Of a stretch of DNA of 64,000 nucleotides, positions 8,913 to 17,391 are shown one piece after another. The DNA lies in NCBI GenBank assembly GCA_039586365.1, contig JBDHKN010000016.1:32001-96000 (forward strand), in the 5' to 3' direction. The DNA is from Gemmatimonadota bacterium. GTDB lineage: Bacteria; Gemmatimonadota; Gemmatimonadetes; Gemmatimonadales; GWC2-71-9. A program made the translations under genes and the position numbers. Position 1 is the first letter of the stretch, and each line of letters begins with the position of its first letter. Under the pieces are notes generated by a model. It was not told where the DNA came from and ran no database searches. It was given only the letters and a program-made list of their open reading frames with translations.

Positions 8913-9406
8913 GGGTGGTATCCTCCCGTCGTGTCTTCCCTAAGTGCTTTACTGACAACTGCTTTGCGTATCTCGGTGCGACATCGTTCGATTGTGCATG
9001 GGCCAGCAATATAATGATGTAAGTTTACATAATAATAATGACAATACGGCTAGATATCAAAGTGTAATACAATCTATTAATGCATGCATTATATGATATC
9101 AACGAGTATGCAATCAATACGATGAGTATACACTGCTGATGTACTGAAGTATTGAAGTACTCTTAGTTTGTTCACAACAATACGATGTAGAGAACTTGGC
9201 CGCGAGCTGTCCTGTTAGACATCAGAGTTCCGATCGAACCTTGGAGGCGAGCGTGGTCCGGGGGGGTCGAGGCGTCCATGCGACCGCATGTGGCGGCAGT
9301 GGAATGGCTCGTCCAATTTCCCGCCCACCGACACAGCAAGGGAAGTGTGGGGGGTAGCTCGAGGAGCAGCTGAGGGTCGTCGAGACTGGGTCGCGCGAGT
9401 TGCTGG

Positions 9407-10048
9407 CTACTCCTCAAACGCCGTCTTCCAACGCACCCGCGGATCATCGAATGTCACAGACGCCGCGTCGAAGTCGTCTGGGTCAAAATTCCCGCCAAGC
9501 CACTCAAGCAGCTCCTCATAGTCCGGGTGCTCTGGGTCGGCGATCGCCGCCAACAGCTCTGTGTAGCCGTGAGCACCACCACAGTCTTCCGGGGGACACC
9601 GCCGCGCACCAGACATACAACGTGGATAACTGACTGACTCATCGGCAGGCGCCGTGCCCTCGTGCATCAACACATGCTGCCAGTCGTCACCGAAGTCGTA
9701 GACGTACAGCGCGGGCGAAGCTCCCAGCGCGAAATAGTCGGACACCTTCGCTTTCCACCCGGGGGTGCACGGCTTGTCCTCCGGCACCTCACCGTCCGGG
9801 ATGCCGATGCGCTCCACACTACCACTGGGAGCATGTACAACCAAGAACTCATGAAGATGATAGTCCAGCCATCCCATGGCATCTTGGATCGCAACGTGTA
9901 GATCCCAAAAGGAGTATTCTTCCGGGACCTCTATGCGTCGCCAGACCAGCGGATCGGTCCCGCTCAGCACCACGAGGAACTGATGAACGTCCGAGGAGTG
10001 CTTCCGACCCCCTCGGCCACTATGGGAAGTAGCCTTCTTCGCAGTCAT
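9407..10048 (-). CDS. plasmid pRiA4b ORF-3 family protein
   Basis: VWRRIEVP, LHVAIQDAMGWLDYHLHEF, YVYDFGDDWQH, CPPEDCGG motifs. Confidence 0.9.
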   Translation of the reverse strand: MTAKKATSHSGRGGRKHSSDVHQFLVVLSGTDPLVWRRIEVPEEYSFWDLHVAIQDAMGWLDYHLHEFLVVHAPSGSVERIGIPDGEVPEDKPCTPGWKAKVSDYFALGASPALYVYDFGDDWQHVLMHEGTAPADESVSYPRCMSGARRCPPEDCGGAHGYTELLAAIADPEHPDYEELLEWLGGNFDPDDFDAASVTFDDPRVRWKTAFEE

Positions 10049-10063
10049 GATCCTCGTCGCTAG

Positions 10064-10089
10064 CTAAAGCATGTTGAGAGCGCGCCCCA
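10064..10089 (+). mobile_element. isolated IS110-like terminal sequence (scar) inside a collapsed attC
   Basis: CTAAAGCATGTTGAGAGCGCGCCCCA matches 17251-17276 at 25 of 26 nt. Confidence 0.65.
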
Positions 10090-10097
10090 TTTGCCGG

Positions 10098-10325
10098 TTA
10101 CCGTGCGATGTCCTTCACTTCAGCAAGAGGTTCAAGTTTTGCGATGTCGTTGGCCTCTTCAGATCGGAGGGCATGCCAGAGCTCCCAGTCTTGCTGCAGT
10201 CGAAGCCAGAATTTCGCACTCATACCAGTCACTCGAGCAAGGCGCAGCGCAGTATCTGTGGTCACGCTCCGTTTGCCATTTATGATCTCGTTCAGGCGAG
10301 GAAAGGATACCCCCAGTTGTCGGGC
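10098..10325 (-). pseudogene. higA: HigA-family antitoxin, 5'-truncated
   Basis: ARQLGVSFPRLNEIINGKRSVTTDTALRLARVTGMSAKFWLRLQ..WEL; the N-terminal HPGE region and start are missing. Confidence 0.8.
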
Positions 10326-10710
10326 CGATCCGCTCGAGCACCGAGCGGCTCTCGGGGAAGGAGATCGTGACATTGTCGTGCAGCGTGATGTCCACATATT
10401 GATCTTGAGGCTTGATCCATGACTTCATGAGGGGGATCGCGCGGACTTGCGCGTCGAGCACGAGCAGCGGAACACCCGCCTCTTTCAGTTCTTGGCCGAG
10501 GCCGGCGTCATCGATATGGTAGTGGGTCGCGAGTCCGTACCGGATCTCCTTGATCGGTACATCAATCCGAGCGAGACCCGCCCGCAGCCGTGCCATGGTC
10601 CCCGGCCAGCCGAGGTCCACGAGCAGGCGCGAGGTGCCGGCGCTGACGACCCAGTAGTTGGTCGAGCGGTATCCAACGTTTACGATCGTGATAGACCCGG
10701 GTTTGGGCAT
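10324..10710 (-). pseudogene. MBL-fold metallo-hydrolase, 3'-truncated
   Basis: LLVDLG, THYHIDDAG (HxHxDH with last His changed to Asp); similarity ends at LERIG before the TPGH motif. Confidence 0.75.
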
Positions 10711-10877
10711 CGTGCTCTGCGTGCCTTCTAAACGATGGTTAGCCCGTCTCGCCACGAACGGGCCATTACCCTCAAGAATTCAAGAAGCCTCGTGGTGCGA
10801 ATTCGCCGCCTCCCTAAGGATCCACGGTCCCAGGGTTGTGACAAGCGGGTTCTGGTTGTCGCCGAGTCGACTGGTGG

Positions 10878-11363
10878 TTACCAAGACCCATCAGTTTCCT
10901 GGTCCAATTCAAGGACCATTGGGACGAAGCGAATACCGTTCTCGACCCGTTCCGGTCCTTCTGCCCTGAATCCCATGCGCCCGTAGACCTCAACCGCACC
11001 AGGAGCAGCATGGACGGTGAGGCGCGCCAGTCTGGGGATTGTACGTCGGCAACGCGCTACCGCCTGACGCATGAGTTCCTTGCCCACACCGCGCCCCTGG
11101 CGTGCAACGAACAGCATCGCCACGTGCTCGCAGTGGCGCATCTCGATGAAACCAACCAGTTTCTCGTCCTCCTCCGCTACAAGCACGAAGTGTCCGGCTT
11201 CCGATCGCTGCAGCAACTGATCCGCTGCAGCATACCGCAGGAACTCTTGGACACCTTCATCGGAATAGCCGGGCGCAACGAACTGGTTGAACACACGCGC
11301 CGCGAGGTCAGCTACGGCTTCCTCTTCGCCACGCTTCATCGACCGATACACTAGAGGAGTCAT
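10878..11363 (-). CDS. GNAT N-acetyltransferase (cassette gene)
   Basis: HVAMLFVARQGRGVGKELM acetyl-CoA motif, VYGRMGF; stop lies in TGGTAAC. Confidence 0.85.
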   Translation of the reverse strand: MTPLVYRSMKRGEEEAVADLAARVFNQFVAPGYSDEGVQEFLRYAAADQLLQRSEAGHFVLVAEEDEKLVGFIEMRHCEHVAMLFVARQGRGVGKELMRQAVARCRRTIPRLARLTVHAAPGAVEVYGRMGFRAEGPERVENGIRFVPMVLELDQETDGSW

Positions 11364-11406
11364 GGGAGAGACGCCACGCGAGCAATGCACCCATGTGCTG
11401 GCAACA

Positions 11407-11850
11407 TCAGGGATCCACTCTCTGAAACGTGATCCATGTGACACTCGAAGGCGTTCTTGGTATCGCTTCGGGCCACTCTGGCGGCCCGCTGTCTAAATGC
11501 ATGCTCACCCAGTGCAACCGCTCCCCGGCATGGGTTCTTTCGAGGCGGACGAGCGTATGAGAGACTCTACCGAAGGCCATGTCTACCTCGTAGACAAGAT
11601 CCAACCGCGCCGGATCGCGTGCCACATCAAGCGAGTAAGTGAACGGGAACGTGTCGACTTCGTCCGCAAGGTACCCGGTGCCGTCGGATCTCAGCATGAA
11701 AGTGAAATGCACCAGCCGGCCAACATATTCCCATGTTCCGAGGTAGGCGGCCTTAGAATCTCTCTGCGCTGCCACCACAGAACCCAGTGTCGCAAGCAGC
11801 ATCGTTGATGCAGCCAGGAACATGATGCGCAGACAAAGCGTTCGGCGCAT
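11407..11850 (-). CDS. hypothetical secreted protein (cassette gene)
   Basis: AAGGAGG RBS; signal peptide, then YLGTW beta-rich domain. Confidence 0.65.
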   Translation of the reverse strand: MRRTLCLRIMFLAASTMLLATLGSVVAAQRDSKAAYLGTWEYVGRLVHFTFMLRSDGTGYLADEVDTFPFTYSLDVARDPARLDLVYEVDMAFGRVSHTLVRLERTHAGERLHWVSMHLDSGPPEWPEAIPRTPSSVTWITFQRVDP

Positions 11851-11939
11851 GTGAGAATCCTCCTTGTCGAAGTGGGCGCCCAGCGCGCTCCATGAATCAA
11901 GGTGTCCGGCTACACTGGCGGTTCCTTTGCGTCTGTGCC

Positions 11940-12025
11940 ACCTAACGACTCCTCGTTTGCGCTGCAAACCACTCGCCCGCCAGGCAGCGACCTTTCAAGG
12001 CCTTGGTTTGCCACGCTGGTCAGGG
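11940..12025 (-). other. degenerate attC-like site
   Basis: Minus strand: stop in CCCTGAC ... TTGCAGCGCAAACGAGGAGTC-GTTAGGT. Confidence 0.5.
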
Positions 12026-12736
12026 GTACACTGCAGTAGTACGCCCCGAATCATCGAGAAAAGCCAACCGTGCGGTGCCAGCAGAATCCACAGACAGCCG
12101 AATCCTGACCCTGCCAGCAGAATCCCGCAGTTCGAGCGCAGCTGTGCGGTCCTCGCTTCCGAGAAAGAGGCGCGGGGTGCCCTGAACACGGGCGCGGGCG
12201 CGCAGCCGCTCTCGATCCAACGAGTCGCGAGCAGGACCAGGAGGAGTCGCAACCATCTGTTGCGCCAACGCGAACTGCTGTTCGAGAGGGTCATCTGTCG
12301 GCCGGTCCCACACCCTGAGCCCGGCAGACCTCGTCGTACCGTTGTCTTGGTACTGAACGGCCACGACTTGATTCTGCTTCCACTGATCGAAGGACAGGTG
12401 GCCGAAGGCGCGATACAGCGAATCGCGAGGTGCCCCCTCGTATATAATGCCGCCGACTTCGTCGCCCACCTCGTTGAAGAAGATCATTCCGGCGCTCCGC
12501 CCGCGTCCGGAAAAGGACTGCGGATATTCCCTCCCGGCGAAAGTGCCCCCGGGCAGGCGCACAGCATTCGACAGCACCAGGGCGAGGGCTCCGGTCGAAT
12601 CCACGATGTTGAGCCGCTCGACGGACAAAACAGGAGGCTGCCGTCTGGTGAAGCCGCTGAGTAGCATGGAGGCGAGAGCGAGGAACATGGTGAGGTTACC
12701 GACAAAAATCCACTTGGCAACGGCAGTGTTCTGCAT
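12020..12736 (-). CDS. hypothetical membrane-anchored protein (cassette gene)
   Basis: N-terminal TM; VERLNIVD..G...LVLSN, GMIFFNEVGDEVGG, LSFDQWKQNQ; GGAG RBS. Confidence 0.75.
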   Translation of the reverse strand: MQNTAVAKWIFVGNLTMFLALASMLLSGFTRRQPPVLSVERLNIVDSTGALALVLSNAVRLPGGTFAGREYPQSFSGRGRSAGMIFFNEVGDEVGGIIYEGAPRDSLYRAFGHLSFDQWKQNQVVAVQYQDNGTTRSAGLRVWDRPTDDPLEQQFALAQQMVATPPGPARDSLDRERLRARARVQGTPRLFLGSEDRTAALELRDSAGRVRIRLSVDSAGTARLAFLDDSGRTTAVYP

Positions 12737-12844
12737 TAGCTGACTCCGATTAAGGACCGTGCGGTGGGTGGCTTAGACATGAACGCCCCGTTCGGCGGAG
12801 GATCAGAAAGCTTCTCTCAGGGCCTGCTAGGGTGCTTTGTAGCT

Positions 12845-12937
12845 TCCTAACGCCCCTGCGGGGAGTCTGCAGAACGCCGAGCAACGATTTTCTTTCAAAA
12901 CGAGTCGCTCCTGCGCAGCGCCATGCGGGGACTATAC
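12845..12937 (-). other. degenerate attC-like site
   Basis: Minus strand: begins at the upstream stop codon, CGCATGGCGCTGCG ... CTGCAGACTCCCGCAGGGGC-GTTAGGA. Confidence 0.45.
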
Positions 12938-13495
12938 GCGCATGCCCTCGAGCTGTAGCAGTCGCGCAAGGCTGATTGATGCCGCCTCAGCGCCCCGGAA
13001 CAGGAGAAGCGCCAAGCGGCGCGCGAGCTCGAACGACCCGAGAAGGTACACAAGCTGCGCTCCTGCTCGGACCACATAGGGTCGGCGGGACATGTCCATG
13101 CCGAGAATCTCCGACGCATAAGCGCCCACGGCGAGCACGACAAACCACGTTGTGACGAAAGGAATCCCAGTGAAGAGAATGTGCACTATGTCATGCAGCA
13201 GAAACCCACAGAGAGCAAATGTGATGAGTACGGCCACGGGGCGTGGCAGGTACCTCCGCAGAGGCCGATACGACCAGTAGTAGAGGAAATATCCATATAC
13301 TGGATTCCAGTAGTGCCAGAACGCGACGAAAGACCTCGCACCCAAGGCCCGCGACACCATCCGCCTCGCGGCCTGCCACGGCCCTGCCGGATTGCCGAGC
13401 CGAAAGAAGACGTAGTCCCTGACAGATGGCTTTGGCCAGTCTCGGCCTTTGCGGTGAGACGAGGCTTCAGATGCTGAGTCATTCCTGGAGGTCAT
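12932..13495 (-). CDS. membrane protein, MBOAT/acyltransferase-like
   Basis: SFVAFWHYWNPVYGYFLYYWSYRPL...TFALCGFLLHD resembles the MBOAT FW..WN / SG..H region. Confidence 0.65.
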   Translation of the reverse strand: MTSRNDSASEASSHRKGRDWPKPSVRDYVFFRLGNPAGPWQAARRMVSRALGARSFVAFWHYWNPVYGYFLYYWSYRPLRRYLPRPVAVLITFALCGFLLHDIVHILFTGIPFVTTWFVVLAVGAYASEILGMDMSRRPYVVRAGAQLVYLLGSFELARRLALLLFRGAEAASISLARLLQLEGMRV

Positions 13496-14235
13496 TGTGT
13501 CCGTCTGTTGCTGACCGCACCATTCAGGCCCAGCATGTCGGGCAGTCGATCGAGGCTTGGGATGATCACTGTACCCGCGGCTGGCACCCTGTCATCACGG
13601 CGCACTAGAACGGCATGCATTCCTGCACCGCGCGCACCCTCAACATCGTCGACAACGCTGTCACCCACGTGCAGGACTCGGTGGCACGGTATTCCCATAC
13701 GGCGACATACATCACGGAATATCTCTGGGTCCGGCTTTGCACAGCCCACTTCTGCGGATGCAACGACGTGATCCAGCGCGTCACCGAACCCAAGTTCTGT
13801 GCAGAAATGCTGCAGACCGCACTGCCAGTTTGAGACCACCGCTACCCTATATCCCTCGCGCCGCAGGATCTCAAGGACTCGAAGTACATCCGGAAAGACG
13901 CCTAGACTCGACGGGCCGAGCACACTCCATACGTTGGCGGCGTGATGGGGTGCCGCGCCGTCGGGCGCACGCACGTTGAGCCGCTTGAAGACCCGATGGG
14001 TAAGGCACATCAGGTAGCGCCGTTTTTCCTCCGCCGGAAGATGTGGTGAATAATCCCTGGCGTGTTGCTCGAACACATCGTAGAGCACCTGATGTTCCCA
14101 TGGATTGGATTCTAGCTCCTGGGACCGGAAATACTCCATCAACATCGCGCCCCGGCCGCTGCCCTGTCTGTGGTAAACGAGGGTGTTGTAGAAGTCGAAT
14201 GTGACGGCGTCGATGTCAGCGAAGTGAATGGTCAT
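13492..14235 (-). CDS. HAD-superfamily hydrolase (subfamily IA)
   Basis: FDFYNTL, VVSN, KPDPEIF, HVGDSVVDDVEGA motifs. Confidence 0.9.
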   Translation of the reverse strand: MTIHFADIDAVTFDFYNTLVYHRQGSGRGAMLMEYFRSQELESNPWEHQVLYDVFEQHARDYSPHLPAEEKRRYLMCLTHRVFKRLNVRAPDGAAPHHAANVWSVLGPSSLGVFPDVLRVLEILRREGYRVAVVSNWQCGLQHFCTELGFGDALDHVVASAEVGCAKPDPEIFRDVCRRMGIPCHRVLHVGDSVVDDVEGARGAGMHAVLVRRDDRVPAAGTVIIPSLDRLPDMLGLNGAVSNRRTQ

Positions 14236-14304
14236 GATGCATCCCCGGATCCTTCTGCCGGTCGGACCAGAACCGCTTCATGCGCGACCGTTGCCCGCAG
14301 GGCC

Positions 14305-14347
14305 AGCTAACGGCACGTATCCATCACCGTTCATGCCCCTGTCAGCC
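14305..14347 (-). other. collapsed attC-like site
   Basis: Minus strand GGCTGAC-AGGGGCATGAACGGTGA...GTTAGCT; the left arm resembles that of 14866-14996. Confidence 0.5.
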
Positions 14348-14840
14348 GGCGCGAAAGCTCCGGCTACGCCAAGGCCTGGGAATGAACATCGGTACCGTTC
14401 GCTTGTACTCGGTATACGCCGCTCCAAAGCGAAGCTCCAGTTCAGGCTCCTCAACCGTCTTCAACTCGATTACGTGCGCCAGGATGTACAGCGGTGTCCA
14501 TACGAACACAATCGAACCCGAATGGAGGAAGAGACCGATCCCGAACAGGGCCGTGAACACTCCAGTCACCATCGGGTTGCGCATCCACAGGTACGGCCCC
14601 GCAACGCAGCACGCACCAGCCGCAGAGCAGCGACCCCAGCGCAAGCAGCACCACCCCAATGCTCACTCCCAATCTCCCAGGCAGGACCTCTGGCATGCGC
14701 AGCACTCTGTCCGTGTATAAGCCCAGGACAACTACAGCAGCTAGGGTAAAGCCAAAGATCAGCAAGCCAAGGGGCGTCAGAAGCTCCCGCTTGTGACGGG
14801 ATCCTGTAGCAACCGAATGAAAGACGTCAAGCAGACTCAT
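14342..14840 (-). pseudogene. isoprenylcysteine carboxyl methyltransferase (ICMT/PEMT) family, internal deletion/frameshift
   Basis: N-terminal TMs in one frame and GPYLWMRNPM...EEPELELRFGAAYTEY in another; switch near 14605. Confidence 0.8.
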
Positions 14841-14865
14841 CCCACGTTCCTCCAATCACGCGTCC

Positions 14866-14996
14866 GGCTGACGACCAGGCGCATCAGCTGCAGGCATCTC
14901 CTAACCAGCAACTCCGATCTCGGCTCAATCATTGAACCTCCCAGTTCCCAACTGAGCGGGACGACGAGCGCGTCACGGTTCATGTGCCCGTTAGCC
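14866..14996 (-). other. attC site
   Basis: Minus strand GGCTAAC ... CCTGCAGCTGATGCGCCTGGTC-GTCAGCC; 131 bp. Confidence 0.65.
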
Positions 14997-15098
14997 AGCG
15001 AGATGCGAACTTACTGGAATCGTTATGTCACGGGCCTGCCGGAACGAGCTGCATTCACTTTCCGTCCATAAGGTGGTTCTGACCGGGCTTGAAGCACC

Positions 15099-15233
15099 AC
15101 ATAACGACTCCGCGCTTGAAAGGTGGCACGACCGACCCGCCGGGCGGGTCGGTCGCGGGAACGAGCACGATCTTGCGTAGCGCTCATATTAACGCCACCC
15201 ACCGCGGCCACCAGCTCCTAGCGGGTGTTAGAC
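15099..15233 (-). other. attC site
   Basis: Minus strand GTCTAAC (contains the GNAT stop) ... GTTATGT; 135 bp; left arm closely similar to 16545-16600. Confidence 0.7.
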
Positions 15234-15746
15234 AGCACGCCATGAATCACGTTCAATTGCATAAAGAGACAGGCAGTACCCTCGTAGCGTGACCTCTCCT
15301 TCAAAGCGCTCGCCAAGACGCTCGGCTAATCGGATTGAGCGGCGGTTGTCCGGGTCGATCAGGCTGACCGCCCGGTGCCATCCAAGAGGGCCGAACGCGT
15401 GCGCGAGTGCGGCTCGTGCGGCCTCCAGGGCGAAACCTCGGCCCCAGTACGGACGAGCAAGTGTCCAGGCGAGTTCGCGATCGGGCCAACCCTCCGGAAA
15501 GTGGAGGCCGACACGGCCCACCAGAGAGCCGGTTGCCCGCTCCTCCACAGCCCACATCCCGAAACCGCAGAGCTGCGAGTGGCCGACGAACATCGCCATT
15601 TGCCTCCAGGCGTCGTCCCGGCTGAGAACCGAGCGGACGCCGATGTAACGCATGACGTCCGGGTCCGCACACATGGCGGCATAGGCATCAATGTAGTTGT
15701 CTCGAAAGGGCCGGAGCAACAGCCGTTCGGTTTCCAGTGTAATCAC
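15228..15746 (-). CDS. GNAT N-acetyltransferase, RimJ/RimL type (cassette gene)
   Basis: LETERLLLRPF, YWGRGFALEAA, N.RSIRLAERLG. Confidence 0.9.
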   Translation of the reverse strand: MITLETERLLLRPFRDNYIDAYAAMCADPDVMRYIGVRSVLSRDDAWRQMAMFVGHSQLCGFGMWAVEERATGSLVGRVGLHFPEGWPDRELAWTLARPYWGRGFALEAARAALAHAFGPLGWHRAVSLIDPDNRRSIRLAERLGERFEGEVTLRGYCLSLYAIERDSWRAV

Positions 15747-15779
15747 TGAGCGGATCTGGTTCGATGTTCATTGCGTGCA

Positions 15780-15911
15780 GCCTAACGTCCCTGCCCATAA
15801 GCTGCGACGGACTCCTTCCCAGCTTACTGATACATCAGTGTTCTTTGATGTCACCGTGCGCACAAATCAAAGTTGCCTATCGCGCTCGGCAGCTTGGTGC
15901 GCGTGCTAGGC
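15780..15911 (-). other. attC site
   Basis: GCCTAAC...GCTAGGC, 132 bp; inner arms AAGCTGCGA / TCGGCAGCTT pair with one extra G. Confidence 0.8.
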
Positions 15912-16412
15912 ACCGCCTCGCGCTGCACGTATTGCGACGATTTGCTCTACGTGATGCATTGCGTGCTCAGCCTGAATCTGTATCGCCCTGCCCACCGTCA
16001 CACGCTCGATCATCCCATCTGGTGTCCGCATCCTGATCGATCGTTGCCAGGCATCTGGCACGTGTTTCAACAGCTGTAAGACATGGCCTCGGTTAGCTCT
16101 GAACAAAGCGAGAGATACGTCAATGGACCGCGCTGAGTATCTCCATCGGTCAGCCCAAACGTCCTGCGACAGCGCCCAGTACCACCCGAGCGTGAATTCC
16201 CCATCTTCACTCCCCAGGGCGGACTTGATGCACAGCTTCCAGATGTCATCTCCATCGACGATATGGTGCACAATCTGCCGAACCGTCCAGCCACCCTGCG
16301 ACCCACTGGCATCGAGACCGGGCCCATCCAAGCCAGCTAGGGCGAGTTCGAGTTGCTCTGGATCCTGCGCATATCGCGCCAGAACCGCTGACTCATTGCC
16401 TTGCGAATTCAT
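15906..16412 (-). CDS. DinB/YfiT-family protein (cassette gene)
   Basis: GGWTVRQIVHHIVD and HAMHHVEQI metal-binding His motifs. Confidence 0.88.
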   Translation of the reverse strand: MNSQGNESAVLARYAQDPEQLELALAGLDGPGLDASGSQGGWTVRQIVHHIVDGDDIWKLCIKSALGSEDGEFTLGWYWALSQDVWADRWRYSARSIDVSLALFRANRGHVLQLLKHVPDAWQRSIRMRTPDGMIERVTVGRAIQIQAEHAMHHVEQIVAIRAARGGA

Positions 16413-16465
16413 AGCAGATTCCTAGGCTACAATGGTTGGTGAAGCACAGATCCAACACGGGTGGC

Positions 16466-16597
16466 GCCTAACGTCCCTGTGTTTGTGCTGCGGGCGACCG
16501 CCCTCCGGACGCTTTCTATCACGAAACTATTAGTTCTAGCCAAGCGCTCATATCAACGCCAGCCACCGCGCCCGGCAGCTCCTAATGCGTGTTAGGC
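16466..16597 (-). other. attC site
   Basis: Perfect GCCTAAC/GTTAGGC ends, 132 bp; inner arms GCTGCGGGCG / CGCCCGGCAGC pair with one extra G. Confidence 0.85.
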
Positions 16598-16655
16598 AGC
16601 GCTCCCCGGCGGGATCTGCCAGATCTACTAACGCCTGGAGGTAAGCCGGCCGAAC

Positions 16656-17174
16656 TTAGCATGGCAGGCTTTCTTCTTTCTTCTGCCGGGAAATGGGAAC
16701 TATCTTGCATTCGTCAAAGGAGACATTGCATGGCAAATGGAACCCTAGTTGCGCGTTCATGATGCCAGCTACTTCCATGCCTTCGATCACTTTGCAGTCG
16801 GTTGATTTGACCGCGCCGCGTACGGTTTCAGTCGCGGAGTCGCAGCCCAAAACTACCACAGCGTCATATTGTCTCGCACATTCTTGTAGCTTCTTCCGTC
16901 GGCCCGAAGTCCACATGCAAAGAAACCACTGGTGATAGAGATTGCTCCTAAACACCTTTGTGTTCACACCCGCTTCCCTCAATCGGGATTGCAGTGCCCT
17001 GATGTGTTCTTCGAAGGGAGCCGATTTGAGGAAGCTCCTGAAGAATTGCATGAAAGGCTTCTCCTCTCTCACGGCCACCGTCACTGCAGGACACAGATTG
17101 CACGGAACGATCAGGGCAGAACTCAATCCTTCAACTTCAGAAACCACGTCCAAGTCATTGAAATGGATTGGCAT
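16656..17174 (-). CDS. Cys-rich hypothetical protein (cassette gene)
   Basis: GAGGAG RBS; PCNLCP, LCMW, VVVLGCDSA. Confidence 0.75.
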   Translation of the reverse strand: MPIHFNDLDVVSEVEGLSSALIVPCNLCPAVTVAVREEKPFMQFFRSFLKSAPFEEHIRALQSRLREAGVNTKVFRSNLYHQWFLCMWTSGRRKKLQECARQYDAVVVLGCDSATETVRGAVKSTDCKVIEGMEVAGIMNAQLGFHLPCNVSFDECKIVPISRQKKEESLPC

Positions 17175-17255
17175 TTGTCGCTCCTCGTCTCTTCAGGCCA
17201 AGAGTAGCTCGACCGTATGGGAACTTCCAGCATGAAGTCGCGAACGCTGCCTAAC

Positions 17256-17391
17256 GCATGTTGAGAGCGCGCCCCAAGCTGCTACCATGGAGTCGACCAA
17301 GACCCACGGCTCACAGAGAGGAGCGGCTTTCATGAAACGCGCCACCAAGTATGTCGCACTCGGCGTGCATCAGGCAACGACGGTCGCCGCT
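17256..17391 (+). mobile_element. IS110/IS1111-family remnant: left end plus first ~20 transposase codons
   Basis: GAGAGGAG RBS, ATG at 17332, MKRATKYVALGVHQATTVAA resembling the DEDD N-terminus Y(V)xxDvH with D changed to G; directly abuts GCCTAAC. Confidence 0.65.

Noticed and set aside
8214..17256. CRISPR interpretation of the repeats
   Set aside because: Elements are long, divergent and separated by whole genes; no cas genes seen.
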